Virus record (IMG/VR): IMGVR_UViG_3300044997_001199
Coordinates: 62,001-126,000 of that record
Reading direction: 5' to 3' (one strand)
Length of the DNA stretch: 64,000 nt
Below, in pieces: positions 27,655 to 36,916 of this stretch (the first letter of the stretch is position 1; every line of letters starts with the position of its first letter). Position numbers and translations under genes: made by a program. The notes beneath the pieces are model-generated. The model searched no databases, had not been told where the DNA came from, and saw only the letters and a program-made list of their open reading frames with translations.

Positions 27655-28800
27655 TTAATCGATGGGGATATTTTGAACATCCGAGGAGCGAATATTTTTG
27701 AGATTAGTGGCGCCATAACTGCGGTTCTTCCACAGACCTTGATTGTATATGTTCAACATAGCATAGTATAGATAACTCGGGTCCACACGGTCTTGGGCCG
27801 TGACCTTGATACCAATGTGTTTGGGATTGAATTCTCGTACCGGGCAACCCACAGCAGATTCCGCCTCGGAGCGTATCAGCCAAAAATCTGCATCGGGAAA
27901 GTTGGTGCGAATTTCGCAATAGTTGGACAACCGCGACTCCTGCAGAGCTTGTTCTATCACACTGTGACTTTTGGTTTTTTTGCCAGATTGTCTGGCTCGA
28001 CGGCCTGCACAATGAGCTCGCTGGCTGAAGCCTTTAGGGTTGTTGCAGTTGATTGAACGTTTGTAGGTTTTGCTCCAGCTGGCTTCGTTTATGTAATCCT
28101 CGGCCATGGATTGGTTTTCACAACGTTGATACAAGGCCATCAGACCTGATGTCGGGGTACCAGACATCTGACCTGCTTGTTCGTTGTAGGTCGCGGCCCA
28201 GCCTTGATTTTCCTCTACAGACCCTGTTATGGCATGATCCAACAGCTTGACCACGATATCGGCCAACTTCCGGTTGCCCTGAGTTCGTGGATACAGACTC
28301 ATGACCAAGTCCAGTTTTCGACGATCATTGAGAGTGGGCCACGCCGTACGAATTTCGGTGGCCGACGTCAAGCCCGGGCCAAATTTCACTGTGGGCAGAT
28401 AGGTCATGTAGCCGTGCTGATTCATGGGCTTGGGATTGTCATCCAGTGGCTGTAGGTATGCCGGAGTACTGTCTCGTTTGATGCCGCCGGACCGAGGAGG
28501 CTTGTTTCGATCTTTTTCGCTGCGCACAAAAATCAGCACTGTGTCGCGAGGATCATACTGTTGAGTGATTTCCTCCACGCGAAATGGTGATTTCACTCTC
28601 ACAAAACGATCAGGGTCCACTCCGGCCAGCCGTGCCAATTTTTCTTTAACTGCAAACGGAAATGGTCTAGTAGAGGTATCGTCAGTGGCTGCTATATAAA
28701 CATCTGCCTGGGGGAACTTGCGACGAGCAGCGTCATACAGAGCCTGATGCCCGGCATGGAAAGGGTGGAATCCACCTGGCATGATCACCAATTGTTTCAT
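27655..28800 (-). CDS. HxGH nucleotidyltransferase with appended C-terminal modules
   Basis: PGGFHPFHAGH and SATEIR; then SINCNNPKGFSQRAHC and TNFPDADFW...YLYY modules. Confidence 0.75.
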   Translation of the reverse strand: MKQLVIMPGGFHPFHAGHQALYDAARRKFPQADVYIAATDDTSTRPFPFAVKEKLARLAGVDPDRFVRVKSPFRVEEITQQYDPRDTVLIFVRSEKDRNKPPRSGGIKRDSTPAYLQPLDDNPKPMNQHGYMTYLPTVKFGPGLTSATEIRTAWPTLNDRRKLDLVMSLYPRTQGNRKLADIVVKLLDHAITGSVEENQGWAATYNEQAGQMSGTPTSGLMALYQRCENQSMAEDYINEASWSKTYKRSINCNNPKGFSQRAHCAGRRARQSGKKTKSHSVIEQALQESRLSNYCEIRTNFPDADFWLIRSEAESAVGCPVREFNPKHIGIKVTAQDRVDPSYLYYAMLNIYNQGLWKNRSYGATNLKNIRSSDVQNIPID

Positions 28801-28817
28801 ACCCAGTATTTATTGGA

Positions 28818-29252
28818 CTAGAGATTTTCCAGCAACCAGAGATAGCAAGGTGTTTTGAAACGAAAACGCACAACACCATTGCAGCCCATGACTCCTGCAA
28901 AAGGCATTGTGACCGGATCCCGGGTACCGTTGAAGTCATGTGAATATGTCGTGTGTTTCAAAAAAACATGACCCAGCGCGACACCGTCGAATTCCATGTT
29001 GCTCACAGTGACCAAGATGTCATTGACGATGTTGCCATGCGAGTCGATCTTGGTATGATCAACAGTCTTGCCCAGCATGGAAATTTCCAGTACATGTTCG
29101 TTTTCGTCGTCAGCGCAGGACACTGTGCAGACGTGTGCCTGGATCATGCCCGACACATGCTCAACAGCATGCCCGTCGATCGCAACAGCAAACTTAAACG
29201 GGCAGGGATTCTGACTGGACTCAATAACGAAACTGATTGTAAAACTGTTCAT
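28818..29252 (-). CDS. Hypothetical protein
   Basis: 144-aa beta-rich ORF ending G.NG...F.F.TP.YLWLLENL. Confidence 0.65.
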   Translation of the reverse strand: MNSFTISFVIESSQNPCPFKFAVAIDGHAVEHVSGMIQAHVCTVSCADDENEHVLEISMLGKTVDHTKIDSHGNIVNDILVTVSNMEFDGVALGHVFLKHTTYSHDFNGTRDPVTMPFAGVMGCNGVVRFRFKTPCYLWLLENL

Positions 29253-29254
29253 GT

Positions 29255-29614
29255 CTAGTAGTTTACGATGACAGAATTGATGGTACCCGAGGCAAAATCC
29301 TCGACTCTGGCCCGCAGCCAGACAAAATTTCCCAAAATGTTGGCAGGGTGATAATCGGTGCGAGGACCAGAAATCGCGGAAAATTCATAGGTTGCGAACC
29401 AAGTCGCAGTGTCAGTCAAGGTGTCCAGGCTGGCTTCGATCGTGATGATTCCCTCGAACTCCGTGGTCTGTATGATCACGGTCTGGAGACCTCCGCGCCC
29501 ACGATAGTAGCTGGCCGCAGGAACTGCATCACTGAACCAGTCCTGGCTGGATCCGTCGTAGTTGCCCGACGGTTCGCCGTGAATCGTGGTGTTCAAGATG
29601 ATTTCTGTGGTCAT
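29255..29614 (-). CDS. Hypothetical beta-sandwich virion protein
   Basis: 119 aa; GNFVWLRA motif. Confidence 0.6.
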   Translation of the reverse strand: MTTEIILNTTIHGEPSGNYDGSSQDWFSDAVPAASYYRGRGGLQTVIIQTTEFEGIITIEASLDTLTDTATWFATYEFSAISGPRTDYHPANILGNFVWLRARVEDFASGTINSVIVNY

Positions 29615-29778
29615 TGTACCGATTCAACTTCTACTACCACATTGTTGCCTACCAGTTCCTGTGCTACGGAGGCCAATGTGTCCTTGATGTCTTCCAATAT
29701 CATGGAATCCACAGTGTCATTGTCACGCATTAACTTGCTGAACTTGATTGTAATGGTTTCTTGGTGTATTTTTGCCAT
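29611..29778 (-). CDS. 55-aa hypothetical protein
   Basis: Manual translation MAKIHQETITIKFSKLM...VAQELVGNNVVVEVE; ATGA overlap. Confidence 0.6.
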   Translation of the reverse strand: MAKIHQETITIKFSKLMRDNDTVDSMILEDIKDTLASVAQELVGNNVVVEVESVQ

Positions 29779-29784
29779 AGCAGA

Positions 29785-30429
29785 TTATTTAGTCTGTATG
29801 GGCATGGTCTTTCGGATTAGACCAGGCACAGCCAGGCTCAGCAATATTAGATCCCCCTGATCATAGTGATCTACGAAATAGTAATTTCTGATATAATGTT
29901 GTCGACTTTTGAAAATATGCTGTTGTAGAGATTGGCTTGGACGGTATCGATCGGCGTTCGATTCGAGAAAGTTTTTCAATGTCTGAGATTCTCTGGGATC
30001 CAGATATCGTTCGCGAAAAAAAGTCCTGAATCCATACCGAGATCGTTTTTTAATCACCACACCTGCTGGACGATCCAGCGTGACCTTTCCGGCCCACAGA
30101 CAGACCACGTTTGTCTGAGAAATCACAGTGGTCAAAAACACTGGGTCATTGGAATAGAGATAGAGATAGTCTATCTGACAAATTTTTTTGAATGGGTCAG
30201 TACTAGCCAATAAAAGATCGCACAGCTGATGCATTCGTTTGACTCGATCCTCGTCGATACGATGGCGATTCCAGGGAAAGCCGATGCAAGTATTTCGATA
30301 CAGCACCATCTCATCTATGGCATTATGGTCCAGTTGTCTGAGAACGCACACATCAGGAACATAACATCGTATGCCACAGAGGTATCGATTGAAATATAGT
30401 GAGCTGCGTGATTCGGGCCTAAATTCCAT
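29785..30429 (-). CDS. Hypothetical protein
   Basis: Probable start MEFRPES overlapping the ClpA stop. Confidence 0.6.
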   Translation of the reverse strand: MEFRPESRSSLYFNRYLCGIRCYVPDVCVLRQLDHNAIDEMVLYRNTCIGFPWNRHRIDEDRVKRMHQLCDLLLASTDPFKKICQIDYLYLYSNDPVFLTTVISQTNVVCLWAGKVTLDRPAGVVIKKRSRYGFRTFFRERYLDPRESQTLKNFLESNADRYRPSQSLQQHIFKSRQHYIRNYYFVDHYDQGDLILLSLAVPGLIRKTMPIQTK

Positions 30430-32695
30430 TGTCTCTGGGCGGCAACTGAATGACGTTGTAGGACTGAGCATGATTCACTGGGTCGATATCAAAGATCACT
30501 TCGTTGTCCAGCATCCTGGCAGTGACCGAACAGTTTTCTAGCTGATCAAACAGGATGCGACGGCTCAGTGGTACTCGGATCAGTTCGTCGATCTTTCTGC
30601 TCAAGGGCCGTGCTCCCATCTTGTGATCATAGCCCTTTTCGGCCAGATAGTCGATCACTGGCTCGGTCAAGGTCAATCGTATTTGACGACCGGCAAGACT
30701 GGTCTTGAGATCTTCTACGAACTTGACCACAATCTTCTTCACTGCCAGTTGATCCAATTTCCGGAACTTGCAAATCTGGTCGATGCGATTGCGTAGTTCG
30801 GGACGGAAAAATTCTCGTAGCGCACGATCTTCTTCGCCGGTCTTTTCCAGATCCGATGAAAATCCAATGTTGTTGTTTTCGTTGTCACGAGCACCAAGAT
30901 TGGAGGTCATGATGATGATACAGTTTTTGACATCCACTCGCTTGCCATTGTTGGAACTGACATGTCCTTCGTCCAACATCTGCAGCAAGATGTTAGTGAC
31001 ATCCGGGTGTGCTTTTTCGATTTCATCAAACAGCAGCACCGCGAACGGATTTTTATTGAGATCGCTGATGAGTTTGCCACCGCCCACAGTGCCATCTTCG
31101 AAACCAACATAGCCCGGAGGTGCACCGATGAGGCTACTCAAGGTATGACGTTCTTGATATTCGCTCATGTCGTAACGCAGCATCTTCATGTTGAGATTTT
31201 CCGCCAGTAGTTTGGCCAACTCAGTCTTACCTGTGCCCGTGGGTCCAAGAAACAGGAAGCTGGCCATGGGTCTGGTAGTAGGGCCGATGCCCGCAAAGTT
31301 GATATACACTCGTTCCAGCACACGATCCACGACATCGTCCTGTCCGTAGAGTCTCTGCTTGATGTTGCTTTCGAGATCAACGATCTTGGCACTGCGCTCG
31401 TTCTGCAATTTGTCTGTGGGAACTCCGCACACTCTTGTGACCTGTTCCTGGATCATGGCACGAGTGATCGTGACATTGCCCTGATCTTTTACACGTTCTC
31501 GAGCACAGGCACCGTCCAGGAGATCGATGCTCTTGTCGGGATTTTTGCGATCATGCATGTAGCGAGTGGCATATTCCACTGCTGCAGTCATGGCCTCGGT
31601 GTCGATCATGACATTGTGAAACTGTTCCAGGCGCGGACTGAGACCAATGAGTATCTGTTCTGTGGTCGCAGCATCGGGTTCGTCGATGCCCAGACGATAG
31701 AATCTGCGCATGAGTGCGCGATCCTTTTCAAACGACTCGTGATATTCTTCCCAGGTAGTGGATGCAATGACCTTGAGATTGCCGCGGGTGACCGCTGGCT
31801 TCAACATGTTGGCAAAATCAAGATTGCTGTTGGAACCCGAGCCTGCACCGCGCATGGTGTGTGCTTCGTCGATGAACAACACACACTTTTTTTTGTTTTC
31901 CAGTGCTGCTATGACCAATTTGAACTTTTCTTCAAATTCGCCGCGGTATTTGCTGCCGGCCAGCAAGCTGCCAACTTCGAGTCCCCAGACTTCGTGGTCT
32001 TTCAGAAACTCTGGTACTCGACCGGCCATGATTTCCTGTGTAAGGCCTTCCACGATGTGTGTTTTGCCCACACCGGGGTCGCCTACCATGAGCACATTGG
32101 CTTTGAATCTGCGAGCCAAGACCGTGATCATTTCTTGCAGTTCGTGACCGCGACCGATCATGGGCTCGAGACGATTCTCTGCAGCCATTCCTGTGAGATT
32201 GGTGCAGTATTCGTTGAGTATCTCTGTGGCCTGACTGGCAGTCAACTTGGCAGTGTTTGATCCTCGGTCGTAGGTTTTGGTCCAAAAATCCACGAACTCA
32301 TTTTTCTTGACACCATACTTGAGCAAGAAATAGTGAGCATGACTGTTGGTTTCGCTCATGATACTGAGATAAAGATCGGCCGTGGTCAGGTTTCGCCGTC
32401 CGGTAAACATGGCCTGCACATTGGCGCGATTGAAGATGCGTTCCAGTGTCTGAGTTTTTTTGGGCTGGAAATCTTCTGAGTTTTTGACCAGGCCCGCCAG
32501 GCTGTCGATATAGGCTTCGATTTCTATATCCAACAACTCGATTTCCACTCCAAATTTTTCTAGAGTTTTGCGGAACGGTTGATAGCGTATCAGAGCCAAC
32601 AACAGGTGCTCAGTTAACACATATTCATGCTGTTTGTTGCGAGCAATCTTGGTAGCTTCTTCGACGATGGCTTCGATTTCGTGGTTCGGGTTCAT
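30419..32695 (-). CDS. clpA: ClpA-like AAA+ chaperone/protease subunit
   Basis: Clp N-domain, Walker A motifs GDPGVGKT and GPTGTGKT, IGF ClpP-docking loop, no long M-domain. Confidence 0.9.
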   Translation of the reverse strand: MNPNHEIEAIVEEATKIARNKQHEYVLTEHLLLALIRYQPFRKTLEKFGVEIELLDIEIEAYIDSLAGLVKNSEDFQPKKTQTLERIFNRANVQAMFTGRRNLTTADLYLSIMSETNSHAHYFLLKYGVKKNEFVDFWTKTYDRGSNTAKLTASQATEILNEYCTNLTGMAAENRLEPMIGRGHELQEMITVLARRFKANVLMVGDPGVGKTHIVEGLTQEIMAGRVPEFLKDHEVWGLEVGSLLAGSKYRGEFEEKFKLVIAALENKKKCVLFIDEAHTMRGAGSGSNSNLDFANMLKPAVTRGNLKVIASTTWEEYHESFEKDRALMRRFYRLGIDEPDAATTEQILIGLSPRLEQFHNVMIDTEAMTAAVEYATRYMHDRKNPDKSIDLLDGACARERVKDQGNVTITRAMIQEQVTRVCGVPTDKLQNERSAKIVDLESNIKQRLYGQDDVVDRVLERVYINFAGIGPTTRPMASFLFLGPTGTGKTELAKLLAENLNMKMLRYDMSEYQERHTLSSLIGAPPGYVGFEDGTVGGGKLISDLNKNPFAVLLFDEIEKAHPDVTNILLQMLDEGHVSSNNGKRVDVKNCIIIMTSNLGARDNENNNIGFSSDLEKTGEEDRALREFFRPELRNRIDQICKFRKLDQLAVKKIVVKFVEDLKTSLAGRQIRLTLTEPVIDYLAEKGYDHKMGARPLSRKIDELIRVPLSRRILFDQLENCSVTARMLDNEVIFDIDPVNHAQSYNVIQLPPRDNGI

Positions 32696-32714
32696 GGTGG
32701 GTATTTAGAAATAT

Positions 32715-33497
32715 TTATTGATCACGGTGCTGCCGTATGGCTTCGGTGATTTCTGGAGCCACGCGATGCGGTATGTTGACTGACACTTTTACAAATGCAT
32801 CTCCCTGTTGTCCCTGTTGGTTTTTCAGTCCGCAGCCGCGCAATCTCAGCAGGGTCCCGGGCTGACAACCGGCTGGGATCTGCGTGACCAATGAGTTGTT
32901 GTAGATGTCCGACAGTTCCAGGCTTCCGCCCAGTATTAGATCCCAGATCAAAATTTTGCGTTCGGTGACAAGGTTCAACCCTTGTCGTTCCCACCGCGAA
33001 TCTGGGCGTATACGGAACTGTATCATCAGGTCCAGACCATTGGGGCCCAGGCCTGCATACTGTACGTTGGCGCCGTCGTCGATGCCCTGTGGTATAGTGA
33101 TGTCAATGGCCGAAATTTCTTGATTGGTGCTCACAGTCACGGTTCTGTTGCCACCAACCGCAATGTCATAGAGAGATACCCAGAGTGTCATCCTTACATG
33201 ATTGCGTCGCGCCTGTGTTTGTGCAAAGCTCTGATTGCGAAAAACATCAAAAATGTTGTTAAAGTCAAACCTATGAGTTCCGAAATCAAATCTAAAAGTA
33301 TTGGATCCGCCGGAATCATATTCCTGGCGTCGCTGTGCATCTCCCAGTACATTATAGGCACTTTGTATTTCCTGGAACTGCTTGGTGTTGCCGCCGCGAT
33401 CAGGATGATGCTGGCTGGCCAATCGACGATAGGCACGCTTGATTTCTTCGGCGCTGGCAGTGCGAGGTACACTCAACACGCTGTAATGATCTTGCAT
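32715..33497 (-). CDS. DnaJ/CbpA-like co-chaperone
   Basis: J-domain with HPD and DnaJ C-domain; no zinc finger. Confidence 0.9.
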   Translation of the reverse strand: MQDHYSVLSVPRTASAEEIKRAYRRLASQHHPDRGGNTKQFQEIQSAYNVLGDAQRRQEYDSGGSNTFRFDFGTHRFDFNNIFDVFRNQSFAQTQARRNHVRMTLWVSLYDIAVGGNRTVTVSTNQEISAIDITIPQGIDDGANVQYAGLGPNGLDLMIQFRIRPDSRWERQGLNLVTERKILIWDLILGGSLELSDIYNNSLVTQIPAGCQPGTLLRLRGCGLKNQQGQQGDAFVKVSVNIPHRVAPEITEAIRQHRDQ

Positions 33498-33504
33498 AAC
33501 CGTA

Positions 33505-33533
33505 ATTATACAGTGCTAGTCGTTGACGATCAA
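33505..33533 (-). promoter_or_regulatory. Sigma70 promoter for the DnaJ-like gene
   Basis: TTGATC-17 nt-TATAAT with extended TG. Confidence 0.6.
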
Positions 33534-33862
33534 ATAAATTCTTTCTTTTCTGGCGAAACCGTCGATGGTGTCGGGGTCTGCATGTTGGCTATCTTTTCCT
33601 GGCCGCGACTCCAGACAGCTATGCCTAACACAGCACCCATGGCCATATGGAACAGTCCTGCACCCTGCAAGGTCAATGGTTCCCATTGGCGGAAAGCATC
33701 GTTGGAGGGTGAGTTTTCCCAAAACTGTAGGACCGACCATAGTATGGGGAACAATATGAAGTCTGTGATGCACACACACATGTACATCCAACCCATGGCT
33801 GGACGCCACTTGGTATTCATCCAATCTTCATTTTTTTGCTGCGAGCTGAGTGCCATGTTCAA
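33530..33862 (-). CDS. Holin (GTA-holin/3TM-like)
   Basis: WRPAMGW, two hydrophobic segments, LG....R..EK; close to lysis genes. Confidence 0.7.
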   Translation of the reverse strand: MNMALSSQQKNEDWMNTKWRPAMGWMYMCVCITDFILFPILWSVLQFWENSPSNDAFRQWEPLTLQGAGLFHMAMGAVLGIAVWSRGQEKIANMQTPTPSTVSPEKKEFI

Positions 33863-33904
33863 CTCCTCTACGGGTATTTAACGTGGCTCAACGGTTATAA
33901 ACAG

Positions 33905-34153
33905 CTACAATAAAGAAATCACTGCTCGAGATATAGTGTGTAGGTCAGCCACTGCTGTGGCTTCGTCGGCGGTCCTGGCCATGGTGGTCAATGCCGACAA
34001 GTCACCAAGGAGACTCTGGTATTCCTGAGCCGTGAGTTTGCCCTGACTCAGCGCCATAGCATAGTTGCTCACAGTCTGTGCATATTCGGCTATGCGCGGG
34101 TTGGAATGTTCTCTGTAGGGCGCCAGCTGTTGTATCTGTTGATTGATGGTCAT
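33905..34153 (-). CDS. Small helical hypothetical protein
   Basis: ATGA-coupled to the upstream lipoprotein gene. Confidence 0.6.
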   Translation of the reverse strand: MTINQQIQQLAPYREHSNPRIAEYAQTVSNYAMALSQGKLTAQEYQSLLGDLSALTTMARTADEATAVADLHTISRAVISLL

Positions 34154-34554
34154 TCTGGTTTTTCTCCGGTGTGCTTCATCAGGATTTCAGCGGCCTTGAT
34201 GATATTTTTTGATCTTTCGCGACAGAAGAATTCTGACATGGTATCTCGATACTGTGTGTCCGTGGCCAGATCTCTCAGAGACTTTGTCAGTTCGGTGGTT
34301 CTTGAATTGTAAGGGCGACCACCGACATACAGTGCTAAACGGTCAGCCTTGCGTGCGATGTTTCGGGCAGATTCCACAGCCTGGGCAAAATTTTCGCACT
34401 GTGGAGTCATGGATCGAGCCTCGGCCACGAGATCCACAGTCATGGCATACTCGGTGGAATCAAATCGATGAAATCTGCCCAGTAGGCCATCGGCCGTGCT
34501 CGTACAACCAGTCAATGCAACCATGGCAACAACACTAAGGAGTTTTGGGCTCAT
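34150..34554 (-). CDS. Lipoprotein of unknown function
   Basis: Signal peptide with LTGC lipobox. Confidence 0.7.
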   Translation of the reverse strand: MSPKLLSVVAMVALTGCTSTADGLLGRFHRFDSTEYAMTVDLVAEARSMTPQCENFAQAVESARNIARKADRLALYVGGRPYNSRTTELTKSLRDLATDTQYRDTMSEFFCRERSKNIIKAAEILMKHTGEKPE

Positions 34555-34897
34555 AGTATTCTTTCATCTTGAGAATCACTGTGCGCTGTTGTGCCATGTG
34601 ATTGCGGATGGTCGCGAAATCCACACTGAGTTGTTCGTATCCGACGTCCGTGATGGCAAACAACACTGCTTCGTTGCCAGACTCTGTGATCTCTTTCCAC
34701 ACCTGCTGTATGTTGTCAGGAGTTACGATGCGCCAACGCACTGGGTGCAGTTGCAGTGCTGCGGGCTCCTCGAGATTCAGTGGCACGCGATCCACGGGTT
34801 TGGTATCGCACTGTATCTGGCGTAAATCACTCCAACTGCATGCACTAAGGCTGATAGTTAGGATTAGCGAGATTAGGACATTCGGGGTTGATTTCAT
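34535..34897 (-). CDS. Outer-membrane spanin (Rz1-like)
   Basis: LSAC lipobox, Pro-containing segment; overlaps the 3' end of the i-spanin. Confidence 0.75.
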   Translation of the reverse strand: MKSTPNVLISLILTISLSACSWSDLRQIQCDTKPVDRVPLNLEEPAALQLHPVRWRIVTPDNIQQVWKEITESGNEAVLFAITDVGYEQLSVDFATIRNHMAQQRTVILKMKEYYEPKTP

Positions 34898-35330
34898 TGG
34901 GTTTCTTTGCATTGATTTCTTTCTCGGTCAACGTAGCACCACTGGCGATCTCCATACAGCGATAGGCATTGTTGGTACCTTGGTTTATTTTTTTTTCTAC
35001 CAGAGAAAGTTTCTCGGTGGCCAAGTCAGACAATGACACTGCGTTGCCGTTGACATCTGTGCGATTTTGTAGACGGTCGCGGAGGTTAGCCACTTCTCGA
35101 TTCTGTTGTCGCACAGCAGCCGACAGTTCGCGACGCAAGCGCTGACCGTTGGTAACATCCTGCTGTATTTGATCAATGACTTGGCGCTGCTGTTCCACTG
35201 TCGTGATCAGTGTGGCATTGTTGGCTTCACTGGTAGCAAGATCGGCCCGGAGACTCTGCACATAGGCATAGATGCCCAGGGCAGCCATGACCACGATCAA
35301 CAACACCACCAGCTTGGCCTGTGCGAACAT
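34845..35330 (-). CDS. Inner-membrane spanin (Rz-like)
   Basis: N-terminal transmembrane helix then coiled coil with C-terminal Cys residues; follows the endolysin. Confidence 0.78.
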   Translation of the reverse strand: MFAQAKLVVLLIVVMAALGIYAYVQSLRADLATSEANNATLITTVEQQRQVIDQIQQDVTNGQRLRRELSAAVRQQNREVANLRDRLQNRTDVNGNAVSLSDLATEKLSLVEKKINQGTNNAYRCMEIASGATLTEKEINAKKPNEINPECPNLANPNYQP

Positions 35331-35798
35331 TTACTTGATGAGACCCGGTTTGTACACAGTTTTGCCGCCTTCTTTGAGTGCAGTCAACACTTGTTTTCTC
35401 TGTGGCCCACTGCGCTTGAGACTGACATGTACCCAGCCCGAATCGGGCACACCGGGAGTGTAAAATTCCAGGATCAACTGGTCAAATTCCATGTTGTCTT
35501 GTATCCATTTGGCCAGATCATAGTTAGGCAAACCGGGACATTCGATGTCGGCTGCTTCACCATTGCAGTGCTGGCTGGTTGCAGCTCCGCCCACGGCCTT
35601 GTTGAGCTCAGGGCCGCGATATCCTGAATTGATGGTCAGTGGACGCTTCATGGCAGTGCGCACCGGCTGCACGATCTTGGTCACTAGATTTTTAAGATTT
35701 TCGAGATGTTCGCCACGTGGGGTATTGTCCAGACCCAGGCGCGCGCCGGTCTGGCTCTTGGTAAATTCGGTAAGTGTGAAGTTTTCGCTGAGCTGCAT
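35331..35798 (-). CDS. Endolysin, peptidase M15A family
   Basis: SGYR...N..VGGA..SQH..GEAAD and WVHVS. Confidence 0.88.
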   Translation of the reverse strand: MQLSENFTLTEFTKSQTGARLGLDNTPRGEHLENLKNLVTKIVQPVRTAMKRPLTINSGYRGPELNKAVGGAATSQHCNGEAADIECPGLPNYDLAKWIQDNMEFDQLILEFYTPGVPDSGWVHVSLKRSGPQRKQVLTALKEGGKTVYKPGLIK

Positions 35799-35816
35799 GT
35801 TGACATATCCCCCAGT

Positions 35817-36248
35817 TTATTTATTGAATATGTCTTTTATGAGTTGTTGCGCCCAGTGTTTTGCATTTTGATTGGGTATCACGCGATCGCACCGGACCGG
35901 TGGTTGAAACACGCTGTCGGTATCAGGGAACCTACTGCTGACCAGGGTGTCCATATATACAAGAAAATCTGCGGCAAAAATTTCACGCTGTTTGGGCAAA
36001 GGTGCTACAAAATCTGCCACTACGATGTCAGTAACAGCAAGGTCAGCTGCATCGCGTATGCGCTGTGCCTGCCGCAAACGCCCGGCTTCGGTAAAGTCCC
36101 AATCGTTGAACTGTGCGCGTATTTCATCAGCATTGAGATGCGTCACTGTTTTGCCATGGTCTTTGAGGGCACGAACAAGTTCTCGAGCAAGAAAAGTTTT
36201 GCCTGATCCCGGCAGCCCCATAATGAGAATACGAAATGGTTGCTTCAT
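35817..36248 (-). CDS. Adenylyl-sulfate-kinase-like P-loop kinase (short)
   Basis: GLPGSGKT, LNADEIR, DF...GR..Q and DFVAP. Confidence 0.75.
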   Translation of the reverse strand: MKQPFRILIMGLPGSGKTFLARELVRALKDHGKTVTHLNADEIRAQFNDWDFTEAGRLRQAQRIRDAADLAVTDIVVADFVAPLPKQREIFAADFLVYMDTLVSSRFPDTDSVFQPPVRCDRVIPNQNAKHWAQQLIKDIFNK

Positions 36249-36916
36249 ATCAGATGCTCCCGGCAATTCGCAAGATAGTCGATGAAATCCTGTGTGGACG
36301 CAGTGCGGACTCCGGTGATCTGCAGTGTGCACCGAGGTACATGCCCGGCATTGGCCGTGCAATGCGGAACATTTTGCCAATCAAAGGTAGTGATATCGCC
36401 GCGATACCAACCGCTGTGATTATGGTTACCGTACTGCCAAAAGTGTCCGGGTTTCCAGTCCTCGAGTTGGATCATGATCCTGATCACTCGCTCGGGATTC
36501 TCGGGACACCACTTGCTCAACTTGTCAATGTGTAGATTCCACACCTGACCGGGTCGCTGTATGTGCAGGCGAGTCATGGAATTTTCCAAAACAAACAAAT
36601 CTACCATGCGCTGGAACACTGGTTCGATCTTCCAGTCTAGATCCGTGATTTCACTGTCTCGTGCCATGCCAATAGTGTCGAGATCATGATGTTCTTTTTC
36701 AAGATCCTGGGTTGGTATATCGGCGGTTTGAGACTTGTATCCCCGGGTGGCCCAGGTAGCCGGAGCAGATCTCTGCTTGGCTTGCTCTAGTTCCTGATCC
36801 CAAGATCCCGAGAATCGTCCCAGATACTGCACACAATCCCATCGAGGATCATGCGTTTGAGTATCAAAATGATATTTGCTGGAACTGCGAGTTTCTTGCC
36901 AACTGCTGTTGCTCAT
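36245..36916 (-). CDS. 2OG-Fe(II) dioxygenase (Asp/Asn-hydroxylase-like)
   Basis: PG....LHID (HxD)...PH.TAN.G..PR..LQITG. Confidence 0.75.
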   Translation of the reverse strand: MSNSSWQETRSSSKYHFDTQTHDPRWDCVQYLGRFSGSWDQELEQAKQRSAPATWATRGYKSQTADIPTQDLEKEHHDLDTIGMARDSEITDLDWKIEPVFQRMVDLFVLENSMTRLHIQRPGQVWNLHIDKLSKWCPENPERVIRIMIQLEDWKPGHFWQYGNHNHSGWYRGDITTFDWQNVPHCTANAGHVPRCTLQITGVRTASTQDFIDYLANCREHLI

